Shown in pieces: positions 7,401 through 17,330 of a stretch of DNA of 64,000 nucleotides. The stretch is taken from the NCBI GenBank assembly GCA_963764735.1, contig CAVXTS010000002.1, positions 1,663,082 to 1,727,081 of the forward strand, given 5' to 3'. The translations under genes and the position numbers were made by a program. Positions within the stretch are counted from its first letter, which is position 1. Each line of letters starts with the position of its first letter. The stretch is from an uncultured Acidobacteriaceae bacterium (GTDB lineage Bacteria > Acidobacteriota > Terriglobia > Terriglobales > Acidobacteriaceae). The notes under the pieces were generated by a model. That model searched no databases. It saw nothing but the letters and a program-made list of their open reading frames with translations, and was not told the origin of the DNA.

Positions 7401-8342
7401 ATGCAGGAAACCAACGAATACACGCTAGCCAAACTCGAGCCCTTCAAACCGCGCCAGTGCATGCATTGGAACTCCGACGGCATCCGCTGCCGCGCCTACG
7501 CTCGCCACAACGACCACACCTGCTTCCAGCACCGCGTCCCCGACGAGCCCTACCTGCCGGTTATCGCCAACGAGCCGTTCACGCTGCCCTCGCTGCACAC
7601 CCACGACGGCATCCTCGACGCACTCGACGTCATCGCCGCCCACGTCTCCGGCAAGACCATCGACGACCGCCGCGCCAACCTCCTCCTCTACACCATCCAG
7701 CTCGCCTCCAACCGGGTCCCTCGCCCCGCCGCCGCCCTCGCGGACAGCCGGCAACGACCCACGGACAGCGCGCACCCCGGACCGCAAGCCTCGGACCTGG
7801 CCGAACCCGGGGTCCCCTCAGACCCAGCCATCCCGAGCCAATCGGCTCACACCGCGAGCCGCGCGGTCGAAGAACTCCCAGACACTCCACCCGCCCCAAC
7901 CGCCCCGACCGCCCCAACCACTCAGCCACTTTCCCCGGAAGCCTCCACCCCAACGACCGGCGAGCAACCACCAACGGACAACGCCCAACCTGCAACGGAC
8001 AGCCTGCAACCGCCAACCTCGAACCCACCCAGGGAATACTCCATTCTCGAAGAAATCTATCTCACCTTCAGAGTCGTGAAAGGCGAGAATCTCGCAGCGG
8101 CCCTCGCCAACCCAGATCGCCCCACGTCCCTCTCCGACGACGATATACGGGCCTATTACGCCTACGCCCGCCCGCAGCTCGACGCCGAAAAGGCGACGGC
8201 CGAACCCGTTACCCCAGCCGGCGACGACCAATCCGCAACCATCATCGCCCCACGTTCCTCGACGCCCGCAACGCCACCACCCCCAGCACACAGATCGCCA
8301 CAATCAGCACAATCCACAGCACCTCTGGATGCCGCTCCGTAA
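7401..8342 (+). CDS. hypothetical protein, N-terminal Cys/His cluster and Pro/Thr/Ala-rich linker
   Basis: 313-aa ORF with AGGAG 5 nt upstream of the ATG. The N-terminus carries C-x9-C-x10-C-x2-H (CMHWNSDGIRCRAYARHNDHTCFQH). A ~120-aa low-complexity Pro-rich centre is followed by a more ordinary C-terminal segment (REYSILEEIYLTFRVVKGENLAAALANPDRP...). The last 101 nt overlap the 3' end of the convergent gene 8242..9657. No family recognised. Confidence 0.55.
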   Translation: MQETNEYTLAKLEPFKPRQCMHWNSDGIRCRAYARHNDHTCFQHRVPDEPYLPVIANEPFTLPSLHTHDGILDALDVIAAHVSGKTIDDRRANLLLYTIQLASNRVPRPAAALADSRQRPTDSAHPGPQASDLAEPGVPSDPAIPSQSAHTASRAVEELPDTPPAPTAPTAPTTQPLSPEASTPTTGEQPPTDNAQPATDSLQPPTSNPPREYSILEEIYLTFRVVKGENLAAALANPDRPTSLSDDDIRAYYAYARPQLDAEKATAEPVTPAGDDQSATIIAPRSSTPATPPPPAHRSPQSAQSTAPLDAAP

Positions 8343-9657
8343 ACGGCAGCTCCTCTTGCGGCGGCGGCCGGTATCCCGGATTCAGCATCTCCGGGCCCAG
8401 CCCCACCACCAGCGCACTGCTCGACGCGACAAACAGCCGCGCATAGTCGTACACCGGCGCAACCAGCCTGGGATCGCCGTAGTCCAGCGTCAGTCCCGTG
8501 GCCCCGCTCGCCGGCCCGGCCCCTGCTGCTGTACTCGACGTGTCGAAGCAAAGTTTCCGCTGCCGCATCTCCAGCCGCACCGCGGCAATCGGCAAGGGTT
8601 GGTCGTCGCCGTTCTCCACGTCTACCTCCACCTTCGCCGGCCCTTGCAGGTTCGAGCCAAGGATCGCCGGAATGCCCAACTGTTCCGCGCGAATCTCCTT
8701 GCCCGTCTCGGTCGCGTGTACCCGCAGAATCGTGCCCGTAACCACCTCCGGCAGGGCCGCGCGGCCGTCGTCCTCCGCCGGCTTTGCTCCCGGCTCCGTC
8801 GTCGCAGTCACCCGCACATCGCGGCTGAAGTTGCCCTTGAAGCCCGGCGCCAGTTGGAAGAACACCCGCTCCACCGGCACCCGCATCGGAACTTCGAAGG
8901 TGGCGCGGCTCTCTCGCCCCACTGTCGCCACCGTCGCCGTCTCCGCCACGGTGCTGTACACAATCTGCGCTTCGCGGCTGGGAGGCACCTCCGCTCCCTG
9001 CACCATCGCCGGCGCAAACCCGCCCGCCGGGGCCGTTGCGCCCGGCGCGGCGGAAACGCTAAGCACCACATGGAGATAACGAAACGTCGATTCCTCGAGC
9101 GGCAGCGTCGTGTCCCGCGACAGATGCTGCGACTCCAGGTCGAACAGCGTGAACTCGCCCAGCGCCGTAGCCTTCGCCTTCCCATCCAGCGCGTTCAGGC
9201 CCGTAACCGTCGCCGTCGCCAGAAAGTCGTGGACCGCTGGATCGAGATCCAGCGTCACGCCCGTATACGCGCGCTCGGGCATCGCCAGATCGAACACGAT
9301 CTTCGCACCGCCGCCCGACCCAAGGTTCAGCACCTTCGCCGCCTCCGTCTCTTCCGTCACCGCTTCGCTCAGCGTGATCGCGTAAGGAATGGGAATTGGC
9401 GGATCCACCATCGCCCCGGCAACGACAGGAACGGTCGGCGTGGTCTCAGGGACTGCGAAGATCCGCAGATCAGCCAGCGACGGCGCGGCATGTGGGAAGA
9501 TCGCCGCATCCAGCACGGCGCACGCCTGTCCCGCGCCCGCCGGCACACTCAGCGCGCGCTGGTACCGCATGTATTGCGGCCACGCCACCGGTGGTCCGTT
9601 CGCCGGAATCGCAGCCGCCTGCAACAGCAGAAGCCCGAGCAACGCCGCGAACTTCAT
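8242..9657 (-). CDS. DUF3999-like secreted/anchored protein
   Basis: 471 aa, with signal peptide MKFAALLGLLLLQAAAI and C-terminal TM anchor VLWIVLIVAICVLGVVAL. The start ATG overlaps the stop of the upstream DUF2339-like gene (ATGA at 9654-9657). This size, topology and pairing is what I recall for DUF3999. Confidence 0.75.
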   Translation of the reverse strand: MKFAALLGLLLLQAAAIPANGPPVAWPQYMRYQRALSVPAGAGQACAVLDAAIFPHAAPSLADLRIFAVPETTPTVPVVAGAMVDPPIPIPYAITLSEAVTEETEAAKVLNLGSGGGAKIVFDLAMPERAYTGVTLDLDPAVHDFLATATVTGLNALDGKAKATALGEFTLFDLESQHLSRDTTLPLEESTFRYLHVVLSVSAAPGATAPAGGFAPAMVQGAEVPPSREAQIVYSTVAETATVATVGRESRATFEVPMRVPVERVFFQLAPGFKGNFSRDVRVTATTEPGAKPAEDDGRAALPEVVTGTILRVHATETGKEIRAEQLGIPAILGSNLQGPAKVEVDVENGDDQPLPIAAVRLEMRQRKLCFDTSSTAAGAGPASGATGLTLDYGDPRLVAPVYDYARLFVASSSALVVGLGPEMLNPGYRPPPQEELPFTERHPEVLWIVLIVAICVLGVVALRASRNVGR

Positions 9658-11864
9658 TGCGCGCCCTCATCGGCGCCCGCGCCTCGCTTCTCCACCCGCA
9701 GGTTCAGCCAGTCCTTCTGATACGCAAAGCTGATCGCCAGCAGCAGCGCGCCCAGCCCCAGGAAGCTGGCCACGCCGTAGCCTTCGCCCAGGTTGCGCAG
9801 GTCAAACGCAAAGGTCTTGAAGATCGTCACCACCAGCAGCACCAGCGCCTGCCAGCGCAGGAAGCTGCTGCGCTTCCAGAAGCCCACTGCCAGCAGCGCC
9901 GCGCCGTAAAGCATCAGGAAGCCCGAGATCGCCAGCGCCTGCTGCAGTGCCGCATCCGCACCAGCCGCCTGGCCCTCCCAGATCGCCTCGATCTCGCGCA
10001 CCCCCGTCAACACCGCGATCAGGTTGAACGCGATGGTCGAGAGGACCGCGCAGTTCTTCCAGAACCCCTCGCCGGAGCGCTCGCCGGCGATCCGCAGCGC
10101 AACGGCGATCACCCCTGCGAAGATCGCCAGGGCAATCAGCGCGGAGAAGAAGTCCGCAGTCTGAAACGCAGGATGGGCGCCGCTCCAGCTCCAGCTCCAC
10201 GATGCCAGCAATTCGCGCATCGTCAGGAACGCCGCGGTCAGCAGAATCAGGATGAAAGCGTCCATCGCCGTCCTGCTCCAGACCGGCGTGCGTCCAGCCC
10301 CATCGGCTTGCAGGCGGTTGCCGGCGTCAAGCGCGAGCCACGCCGCCCCGGCGAACGCCGCAATCCCGATCAGAGCCGTCCCGACGCCCCGGTTCAGCAG
10401 TGAAATCTGCGCCGATCCGCCCAGCCCGACCAGGTGCACGCAGATACCGCAGAACCCGAGCAGCAACGAGGCCAGTGCCAGCCAGCGCAACGCGCGCGCA
10501 GCGTAGCCGCTCCCAGCCTGCGATCCTTCGTCCGACGTTCCGGCCAGCCGCGTTGCCACCCACAGCAGCGCCAGCCCTTCCACCAGCCAGCTCACCGTAA
10601 TCCAGTGGCCGCTCGCCTTCAGCGGAATCGCAATGGTCAGAAACACAACCGCCAGCGAGAGATGGATGGCCGAAGAAACCGCCGTCTGCGGCGCACGCAT
10701 CAGGCCAAGGTACGACGCGGCAAGCACGATCATCAGCCACGGCAGCCACGCGTGGTGGCCTGAGTCTTGGAGCACGGAATAGAGTGCCAGTGCGACGAAG
10801 GCAGCGGTCGCCAGCGGCAGCGCGATATCTTCCAGCAGCGTGCTCAGCCGAATTCCACGCGCCGTCGCCGCCTGCGATTCCTGTTGCTTGTCCGCTTTTC
10901 CCTTGCCCCGCCGCAACGGCACCGTGGCAAAAGCCACACCGAACAACGCAATGTAGATCGCAGTCGCAGCCAGCGCGCTCGAGTCGTAGAACTGGGCATA
11001 CCAGCCGACGAAGAATGCCACCGTCAGCGGAAACGCGCCCAGCAGTAAACGCGGCCACGCCCGCAGCCGCACCAGCGCTGCCATCGCCACGTCGATCGCC
11101 AGGATGTAGACGAAGAGGAAATTCTCATGGTTGCCGCCGGTTGAAAGCAGCATCGGCGTTGCGAACCCTCCGGCCAGCGCGTACGCGGCCAGCAGCTCTG
11201 AATTCTGCACCCACGCCATGTACGCATTCCATGCGGTCACCAGCAGCATCAGCGCCAATGCCACAGCGGTGCCGATCAGATGGAAGCGCTGGAACGCCGC
11301 CCACAGCGTCAGATAAAGCACGCCGCTTCCCACTGCTTTCAGTGAGTAGGAAAACGCCGCGAAGCCCTTGCGCCGGAAGCGCTCCGACCACAGCACCAAC
11401 GCAGTGCCCGCGATCAACCCCGCAATCACTCGGCCGGTGGGGCTGGGGACAATCCACCCGCGATCGACCGCAAGCTTCAGAAAGTAGGCGGTTCCAATCA
11501 GCAGAAGCGCAATCGCGATCCAACTGAACACACGCGAGCCGAGTTGGTTCTCCAGCGAGTCGCGCGAGTCGGCCGCAGGTACCGCAGCCGGCCGTGGTGG
11601 GACCGCAGCCCACGCCTCGGAAACCAGGCGCTGGGCACCACTTACAGCCCCGGCCGGTGGTGGCGGTGGCGGCGGAGTTGCCCGCGCCGCGGGAGCCGCT
11701 CCTGTCGCTGCGATCTCAGTCGCCTCTTCACGGGCAACCCGGCGTATCAGTTCGGCAAGCTCCTGTTCCAACCTGCCGACTCGTTCTTCAAGAGTATTCA
11801 ACTCGGAAGAACGGTCGTTCTTTTCAGATTGGCCCAGTTCTCTCGGATCGTTCTCGCTTGCCAT
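9654..11864 (-). CDS. DUF2339-like polytopic membrane protein
   Basis: ORF 9654..12092 trimmed to ATG 11864 (MASENDPRELG...). An N-terminal coiled coil (LEERVGRLEQELAELIRRV) and a poly-Pro linker are followed by many hydrophobic helices through to the C-terminus. Confidence 0.8.
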   Translation of the reverse strand: MASENDPRELGQSEKNDRSSELNTLEERVGRLEQELAELIRRVAREEATEIAATGAAPAARATPPPPPPPAGAVSGAQRLVSEAWAAVPPRPAAVPAADSRDSLENQLGSRVFSWIAIALLLIGTAYFLKLAVDRGWIVPSPTGRVIAGLIAGTALVLWSERFRRKGFAAFSYSLKAVGSGVLYLTLWAAFQRFHLIGTAVALALMLLVTAWNAYMAWVQNSELLAAYALAGGFATPMLLSTGGNHENFLFVYILAIDVAMAALVRLRAWPRLLLGAFPLTVAFFVGWYAQFYDSSALAATAIYIALFGVAFATVPLRRGKGKADKQQESQAATARGIRLSTLLEDIALPLATAAFVALALYSVLQDSGHHAWLPWLMIVLAASYLGLMRAPQTAVSSAIHLSLAVVFLTIAIPLKASGHWITVSWLVEGLALLWVATRLAGTSDEGSQAGSGYAARALRWLALASLLLGFCGICVHLVGLGGSAQISLLNRGVGTALIGIAAFAGAAWLALDAGNRLQADGAGRTPVWSRTAMDAFILILLTAAFLTMRELLASWSWSWSGAHPAFQTADFFSALIALAIFAGVIAVALRIAGERSGEGFWKNCAVLSTIAFNLIAVLTGVREIEAIWEGQAAGADAALQQALAISGFLMLYGAALLAVGFWKRSSFLRWQALVLLVVTIFKTFAFDLRNLGEGYGVASFLGLGALLLAISFAYQKDWLNLRVEKRGAGADEGAQ

Positions 11865-12040
11865 GGCCACTACTGTAGTGCATTTTCCCTGTTCCAGGAC
11901 ATATTCCGTCTTCCCGTGCAGAAAATGCCTTCCCGCGCCGTTCTTCTTCCGAAAAGCTGCTGGAGCATCCCGGTTTTTGCGCCGCTGTGCAATCTGCGAA
12001 TAGCAATCGAGCACTCCGCTTGATACTCTTCTCGGCAGCC

Positions 12041-12916
12041 ATGACGCAGCCCCACACTCCGCTACGCGTGCTCGTCGTCGACGACGACGCAATGAGCCGC
12101 GACCTTCTGTGCGTGCTGCTTGAGGGTCAGGGTTATGCAGTCGAGTCGGCCGAATCGGGCGCCGCGGCCCTGGCTCTGCTCGCCTGCGGAGGTGCCGCGC
12201 CCGACCTTGTGCTCGCCGATGTGCAGATGCCCGGCGACACAGGCTCCCGGCTGGCAGGCAAGCTCCGCCGCGCCTGTCCTCCGGCCGCTCTCCTGCTGGC
12301 CATCAGCGGCAGCCGACCGCCCCAGAAAGCAATCTCGCGCTTCGACGGCTTCCTGCTGAAGCCTTTCACGATGGAAGAAGTCGCCGCCGCCGTGTCGTCT
12401 CCACGGCCCGTCACGAAAGAACTCACTGAAAAAAAAGGGACTCGTTCGATCGCGCCGCCTCTGTCGCCCTCGTCAGCTTCCCAGCCATCGATCGATGCCT
12501 CCGCGCCGCCGACTGCATCCAGACGTACTGTGGAGGGTTCTGGACAGGAGCTGCGAGCCAAACTGACCGCTGGTCCGGGCGAGAGCCCGGCACTCGACGA
12601 AACGATCTACCAGCGGCTTGCGGATGCCATCCCCCTCCCGCAACTGCAGGAGATGTACGCGATGTGTATGCAGGACGCACGCGAACGCATTGCCCTAATG
12701 CGCAGGCTCGCGGAGCAGCACGATCAGGCTCGCTTCCTACGCGAAGCGCATGCCCTGAAGGGCAGTTGCGGAATGCTGGGCGCGACCCAACTGCACGCTA
12801 TGGCAGCGGAACTGGAACGGAACGGTCTCGAAACCGCCGCGCCTGAGGTTAACTCTTTAGATGAGCTGGCGGCTGCATGCGACCGGCTTGAGCGTATGCT
12901 GGGGTCACGGGTCTAA
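12041..12916 (+). CDS. response-regulator receiver fused to an Hpt phosphotransfer domain
   Basis: ORF 11987..12916 trimmed to ATG 12041. REC signatures are VLVVDDD, LADVQMPG and LLKPF. The C-terminal Hpt motif is REAHALKGSCGMLGA (H-x-x-K-G). Confidence 0.85.
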   Translation: MTQPHTPLRVLVVDDDAMSRDLLCVLLEGQGYAVESAESGAAALALLACGGAAPDLVLADVQMPGDTGSRLAGKLRRACPPAALLLAISGSRPPQKAISRFDGFLLKPFTMEEVAAAVSSPRPVTKELTEKKGTRSIAPPLSPSSASQPSIDASAPPTASRRTVEGSGQELRAKLTAGPGESPALDETIYQRLADAIPLPQLQEMYAMCMQDARERIALMRRLAEQHDQARFLREAHALKGSCGMLGATQLHAMAAELERNGLETAAPEVNSLDELAAACDRLERMLGSRV

Positions 12917-12958
12917 GGCAAAACGTCCCCAGCCGACCTGTGTGCGAGGTTACCCGCA

Positions 12959-13669
12959 ATGAGTCCGCAAGCTGCAAAAAAGTCTTCTTCGCCTCCCGCC
13001 AGTAGTGGCGTGACCCCCATACGGATTGTCGTGGCCGACGACCACCCCGTGGTCCTTTTCGGCGTCAGGAACATGCTGGTGAGCGAGGCCGGGTTTGAGG
13101 TCGTCGGTGAAGCCAGGGATGGCGACGAAGCCATCACCCAGACGCTGGAGCACGAGCCCGATATCCTTCTGCTCGATCTCGCCATGCCGCGGCTTCCCGG
13201 CCTGGAAGCTATGCGCGCCATCATGGCCAAGTCGCCGCGCGTGAAGATTGTGCTGCTCACCAGCACCATTTCCACCCAGCAGGTGATTGAAGCCCTTCAG
13301 ATCGGCGCGCGCGGAATCATCCTCAAGGATTCCGTCGCAGGCGACCTTTCCCAGGCCCTGCGCGCCGTGCTCGGCGGCGATTACTGGATTGGAGGCGAGC
13401 GGGTCGCCAATCTGCTGAAGGCACTGCAGGAATTGCAAGCCCAGGCGGCAGCCGTCCCCGAACGCAAGACCTATGGCCTGACTCCCCGGGAACTGGAAGT
13501 CGTTACCTGCATCGTCGAAGGATGCAGCAACCGCGACATCGCAACCCAGTTCTCGATCAGCGAGGAAACCGTAAAGCGCCACCTGTCCAACGTGTTTGAC
13601 AAAACCGGCGTCTCCACGCGACTCGAGTTGGCACTTTTCGCCATCGCCCACAAACTAGTCGAACTCTAG
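12959..13669 (+). CDS. NarL/LuxR-family response regulator
   Basis: REC domain (IVVADDHPVV, LLLDLAMPRL, LKD) plus a C-terminal LuxR HTH (LTPRELEVVTCIVEGCSNRDIATQFSISEETVKRHLSNVFDKTGVSTRLEL). Confidence 0.9.
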   Translation: MSPQAAKKSSSPPASSGVTPIRIVVADDHPVVLFGVRNMLVSEAGFEVVGEARDGDEAITQTLEHEPDILLLDLAMPRLPGLEAMRAIMAKSPRVKIVLLTSTISTQQVIEALQIGARGIILKDSVAGDLSQALRAVLGGDYWIGGERVANLLKALQELQAQAAAVPERKTYGLTPRELEVVTCIVEGCSNRDIATQFSISEETVKRHLSNVFDKTGVSTRLELALFAIAHKLVEL

Positions 13670-13700
13670 GCCGGACGAAACCCAGCCGGGAGTCGGAGCC

Positions 13701-14579
13701 TCAGACCGGGAAGTGCTTTAGCCACTCGCGGAACGGTGGTCCCAGATCATCGCGCTTCAGGGCGAATTCCACTGTGGCCTTCAGAAAGCCCAGTTTGTCG
13801 CCGGCATCGTGGCGCTTCCCGTCGTAATGGAAGCCGTAGACTTTCTCGTACTGAAGCAGCGCCTTGATTGCGTCGGTTAGTTGCAGTTCGCCGCCGGCGC
13901 CCGGTTTAACCCCTTCGATCATCGCAAAAATGCGCGGCGTCAGAATGTAGCGGCCAATGATTGCGTTCTGGGATGGAGCGTCTTCGAACTTCGGCTTCTC
14001 CACCATGCCCTTCACAGCCAGTAACCGTGGATTCGTCGGTACCGGTGTGCAGTCCAGCACGCCGTAGGCGGAGATGGCCTGGCCTTCGATGACCTCGGAG
14101 GCCAGGATGCTCGACTGCGTCTCGTAGAAGGCTTCCACCATCTGCTTCATACAGGGAACCCTGGCATCGACAATGTCGTCCGGCAGCAGGACGCAGAACG
14201 GCTCGTCGCCCACGATTTCCTTCGCCATCAGGACCGCGTGGCCCAGGCCCAGGGGTTCGGCCTGGCGGGTGTACACGGTTCTGGCCAGCTTGGATACGGA
14301 ACGGACCACGTCGAGCAGCGCTTGCTTATTCTTCGCTGCCAGGGCCGCTTCAAGCTCCGGACTGGAGTCGAAGTGATCTTCCATCGCTCCTTTGTCGCGC
14401 CCGGTCACGATGATGACCTCGGTGCATCCGGCGGCAACCGCCTCTTCAACGCCGTATTGGATCAGTGGCTTGTCGACCAGGCACAGCATCTCTTTCGGAA
14501 TCGACTTGGTCGCCGGCAGAAAGCGCGTGCCCAGGCCGGCGGCGGGAAAAACTGCCTTGCGGATTTTGGGATAAGCCAT
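13701..14579 (-). CDS. galU: UTP--glucose-1-phosphate uridylyltransferase
   Basis: ORF trimmed to ATG 14579. The N-terminal signature is KAVFPAAGLGTRFLPATKSIPKEMLCLVDKPLIQY, with VEKP and the GalU C-terminal region also present. Confidence 0.93.
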   Translation of the reverse strand: MAYPKIRKAVFPAAGLGTRFLPATKSIPKEMLCLVDKPLIQYGVEEAVAAGCTEVIIVTGRDKGAMEDHFDSSPELEAALAAKNKQALLDVVRSVSKLARTVYTRQAEPLGLGHAVLMAKEIVGDEPFCVLLPDDIVDARVPCMKQMVEAFYETQSSILASEVIEGQAISAYGVLDCTPVPTNPRLLAVKGMVEKPKFEDAPSQNAIIGRYILTPRIFAMIEGVKPGAGGELQLTDAIKALLQYEKVYGFHYDGKRHDAGDKLGFLKATVEFALKRDDLGPPFREWLKHFPV

Positions 14580-14633
14580 GTAGAAAAGAGCCTCGCTGCT
14601 AAGTTCAGTCGATCCCGGCAAAGTGGTCAAGCG

Positions 14634-16454
14634 CTATTTGCGCGCCTGAATCGTTGGACCGCCGCCACCACCCTTGCGGCGGGCACGTTTCAACGCAATC
14701 TCTCGCATCTCGCGACCCAGCGACGTGCGATTCATGACGGCCTGCTGCGCGATGCCGATTACGTTGCCAACGGACCAGTAAAGTGCCAGCCCCGAAGCAT
14801 ACTGCCAGCAGATGTATCCGGAGAACACCGGCATGACGAACGCCATCATCCTCTGCTGCTGCGGATCGACGCCCGGCGAGGGCGTGTAGAACTGCACCAG
14901 GAACTGCGAGACCACCATTAGAATGGGCAGGATGTGAATGGGATCCGGGTTCTGCAGGTCGGGAAGCCAGAACCAGTGCGCCTGACGCAGTTCGATCACG
15001 CGAGGGAGCATCGTATAAAAGGCGAACAGTAAGGGCATCGTAATCAGCGTCGGGATGCACCCGCCGAACATATTGACGCCATTGTCTTTCTGCAACTGCA
15101 TGATCTCGGCGTTCATCTCGTTCCGCTTCGGATCGGTCACCTTGTACTTCTTGTACCGCTCCTTGATTGCATCCATCTGCGGCTGAATGCGTTGCATCTT
15201 CAGCGCGCTCTGCATGGTCTTCACCCGGAATGGCAGCATCAGCAGGTTGATGATGACGGTCAGGAGGATGATCGCCCAGCCCCACGATCCGCCGCTCCAA
15301 CCAGCCACAATATGCGAGTGGATGAACTGCAACGAAAGGAACAGGTACTTGCCGATGGGTCCCCAGAAGCCGAACTCCAGCAGTGGACCCAGCGTTACCT
15401 TCGGGGCCGCCGCATGGACCGCTCGGAGAACATTGATCGCCTTGGGTCCGACAAAGATGCGAGTCTGGGTCGATCCGCTGCTGTCGCCAAGGGCTGCGCC
15501 AAGAACCGGAACGTTCAGCGAACCAGTCGCGGGAGAACTTGAGCCAAACCCCACACGCTTGATGGTCTTCGCGACATCGATCTGGTGAGTGAACGTGACC
15601 ACGTTGGCCTGCGCTGGAGAATCAGGCATAAAGACGGCGGCGAAGAACGCATCACTAACGCCGGCCCAGTCGAACGGACCGTTGATGGTTTCGCCCTGGT
15701 TGACCTTCTTTGCGGCGACGTGTTGGTCGCTTCCGTTGCGGTCGCTGTCGAACTGGGCGTTAAAGTACGCATTCCCCTTGGGGACTTCGTCCTGGTCGCC
15801 GAAGCCGCCCGGCCAACTGAGGAACGCGGGGACCGTCGTGCCCCCGCGCGACACTTCCGCCGTCGCGTGCAGCACATATGACCCATCAAAGGTGAAGATC
15901 TTCGTCGCCTGCACATTGCCATCCGAGTACTTGAAGGTCAGCGTCGCCGGAGCAGTCACCTGACCCGTCACCGAAGCAATGAACGACGCCTGGTTCAACT
16001 TGGCCGCGAGCGAGCCATCGGAGGAATAGAGCGAAAGCGGATACCCAAACTGCTTTGCCGCCTGGCCGTTCACCAGTTCGAGCGGCCTGCCCTGGTCGTC
16101 CTTGAATTGCTTCAGGATCCAGCTGGTCACCTGGGCGCCGCGGTTGGTAAACGTGATCCGATAGAGTTCATTCTCGACGACCGTCGTGGACTCCGCGCTC
16201 GCTTGCACCACAGGTGCGACTGGCGCGGCAGCATTCGCGGCTGCGCTGTCGGGCTGCGATCCTGCCGCGGCCGGCGGTTGTGGCGGCGTCTGAGGCGTGG
16301 CCGCAGGTGCGGCCGGTGGAGAGGTCGGCTGCGGGTTCAACTTCGAGCGAAATAGATAGCTGCCGAACAGGACGGCGACAAAGACGACCATCATCGCCAA
16401 AAGCGACTTGTTGTCTTGTCCGCCCTGTTGATTGGGGTTGGTAAACTCTGCCAA
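14634..16454 (-). CDS. yidC: membrane protein insertase YidC
   Basis: ORF 14634..16655 trimmed to TTG 16454 (AGGAAAG 6 nt upstream). In-frame ATGs a few tens of nt downstream are alternatives. It has an N-terminal TM, a large periplasmic domain, a conserved C-terminal insertase core and a basic tail KRARRKGGGGG. It follows yidD-rnpA-rpmH. Confidence 0.92.
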   Translation of the reverse strand: MAEFTNPNQQGGQDNKSLLAMMVVFVAVLFGSYLFRSKLNPQPTSPPAAPAATPQTPPQPPAAAGSQPDSAAANAAAPVAPVVQASAESTTVVENELYRITFTNRGAQVTSWILKQFKDDQGRPLELVNGQAAKQFGYPLSLYSSDGSLAAKLNQASFIASVTGQVTAPATLTFKYSDGNVQATKIFTFDGSYVLHATAEVSRGGTTVPAFLSWPGGFGDQDEVPKGNAYFNAQFDSDRNGSDQHVAAKKVNQGETINGPFDWAGVSDAFFAAVFMPDSPAQANVVTFTHQIDVAKTIKRVGFGSSSPATGSLNVPVLGAALGDSSGSTQTRIFVGPKAINVLRAVHAAAPKVTLGPLLEFGFWGPIGKYLFLSLQFIHSHIVAGWSGGSWGWAIILLTVIINLLMLPFRVKTMQSALKMQRIQPQMDAIKERYKKYKVTDPKRNEMNAEIMQLQKDNGVNMFGGCIPTLITMPLLFAFYTMLPRVIELRQAHWFWLPDLQNPDPIHILPILMVVSQFLVQFYTPSPGVDPQQQRMMAFVMPVFSGYICWQYASGLALYWSVGNVIGIAQQAVMNRTSLGREMREIALKRARRKGGGGGPTIQARK

Positions 16455-16515
16455 GTGATCTTTCCTATCCCGTGGGTAACTGGAAGCTGCAGCCAGACGC
16501 TTCCACCGTGGTCTT

Positions 16516-16887
16516 CTATGGTAAATGGTCTGCGTGTTTCTGGCCGGACTTGGATGAAACGAATGGTGTTGCGCGGCGGTCTGGAAACGAATTGGCCGGA
16601 TGGAGGTCCGGCACCGGATCCAGCCCGCCCTTTCCCCATGGATGGCAGCGCGCAAACCGCCGCAGGGCCATCCACGACCCGCGAATCACTCCAAAACGGC
16701 TTATCGCGGTGTAGGCATACTCCGAGCAGGTTGGCAGGTACAGGCACCGGCTGGGCGAAATCGCATGCAGCAGTGGAGAAAGCGACGATTTGTAAATGAG
16801 GAAGACGAATCCAAATCCACGCTCTCTGAGCCGGCCCGCACTTGAGCTGCGAGTTCCCTCGTCCGCTGCCGGCTTCGCGTGAGTCAT
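16516..16887 (-). CDS. yidD: membrane protein insertion efficiency factor YidD (long C-terminal tail)
   Basis: ORF trimmed to ATG 16887 (GAGGTGG 6 nt upstream). The conserved core is [63 protein letters not shown]. Confidence 0.88.
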   Translation of the reverse strand: MTHAKPAADEGTRSSSAGRLRERGFGFVFLIYKSSLSPLLHAISPSRCLYLPTCSEYAYTAISRFGVIRGSWMALRRFARCHPWGKGGLDPVPDLHPANSFPDRRATPFVSSKSGQKHADHLP

Positions 16888-16897
16888 CGCACCCACC

Positions 16898-17302
16898 TCA
16901 ATCATCCTCGGGCGATTGGGGCGCTCGCTGCCGTTCCAACTCCCGCTGGATCTGCTGGAACACCGAAGCCACCTCGCGTTGGAGGGTGGCGAAATCGACG
17001 TCGATTGCACTGCGCCGGGGATGAAGCACTATGTCAACCTGCGAGCACAGCAGTGGAAGCTGTCTCCGGACCGCCTCGCGCATCCGCCGCTTGATGCGGT
17101 TGCGATCGACCGCCTTTCCCATTGCCTTGCCAACTGTAAGTCCGATCCTTGGCCCGTCGGAACCCTCAGCGCGCAATGCACCTGCCTCAGGCTGGCGCAG
17201 CACATAGAAATAACTCATCTGCTTCCCGAAGCGCTTGCGGCTCGACGCGTACACGCGCTGGTAATCGCCGTGCTTGCACAGCCGGTAAGTCAAAGCGAAC
17301 AT
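16898..17302 (-). CDS. rnpA: ribonuclease P protein component
   Basis: 134 aa. [28 protein letters not shown] is the RnpA RNR-type motif. The gene lies between rpmH and yidD. Confidence 0.93.
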   Translation of the reverse strand: MFALTYRLCKHGDYQRVYASSRKRFGKQMSYFYVLRQPEAGALRAEGSDGPRIGLTVGKAMGKAVDRNRIKRRMREAVRRQLPLLCSQVDIVLHPRRSAIDVDFATLQREVASVFQQIQRELERQRAPQSPEDD

Positions 17303-17330
17303 ATTGGGTTGATTAACCTGTCAGAAGGGT

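Noticed and set aside
7280-7483. 67-aa minus-strand ORF spanning the C7G9 tract
   Set aside because: It starts inside the 7401 gene, has no SD, and its translation runs through the homopolymer (PPPPGG). The region is more economically explained as non-coding leader or sRNA.
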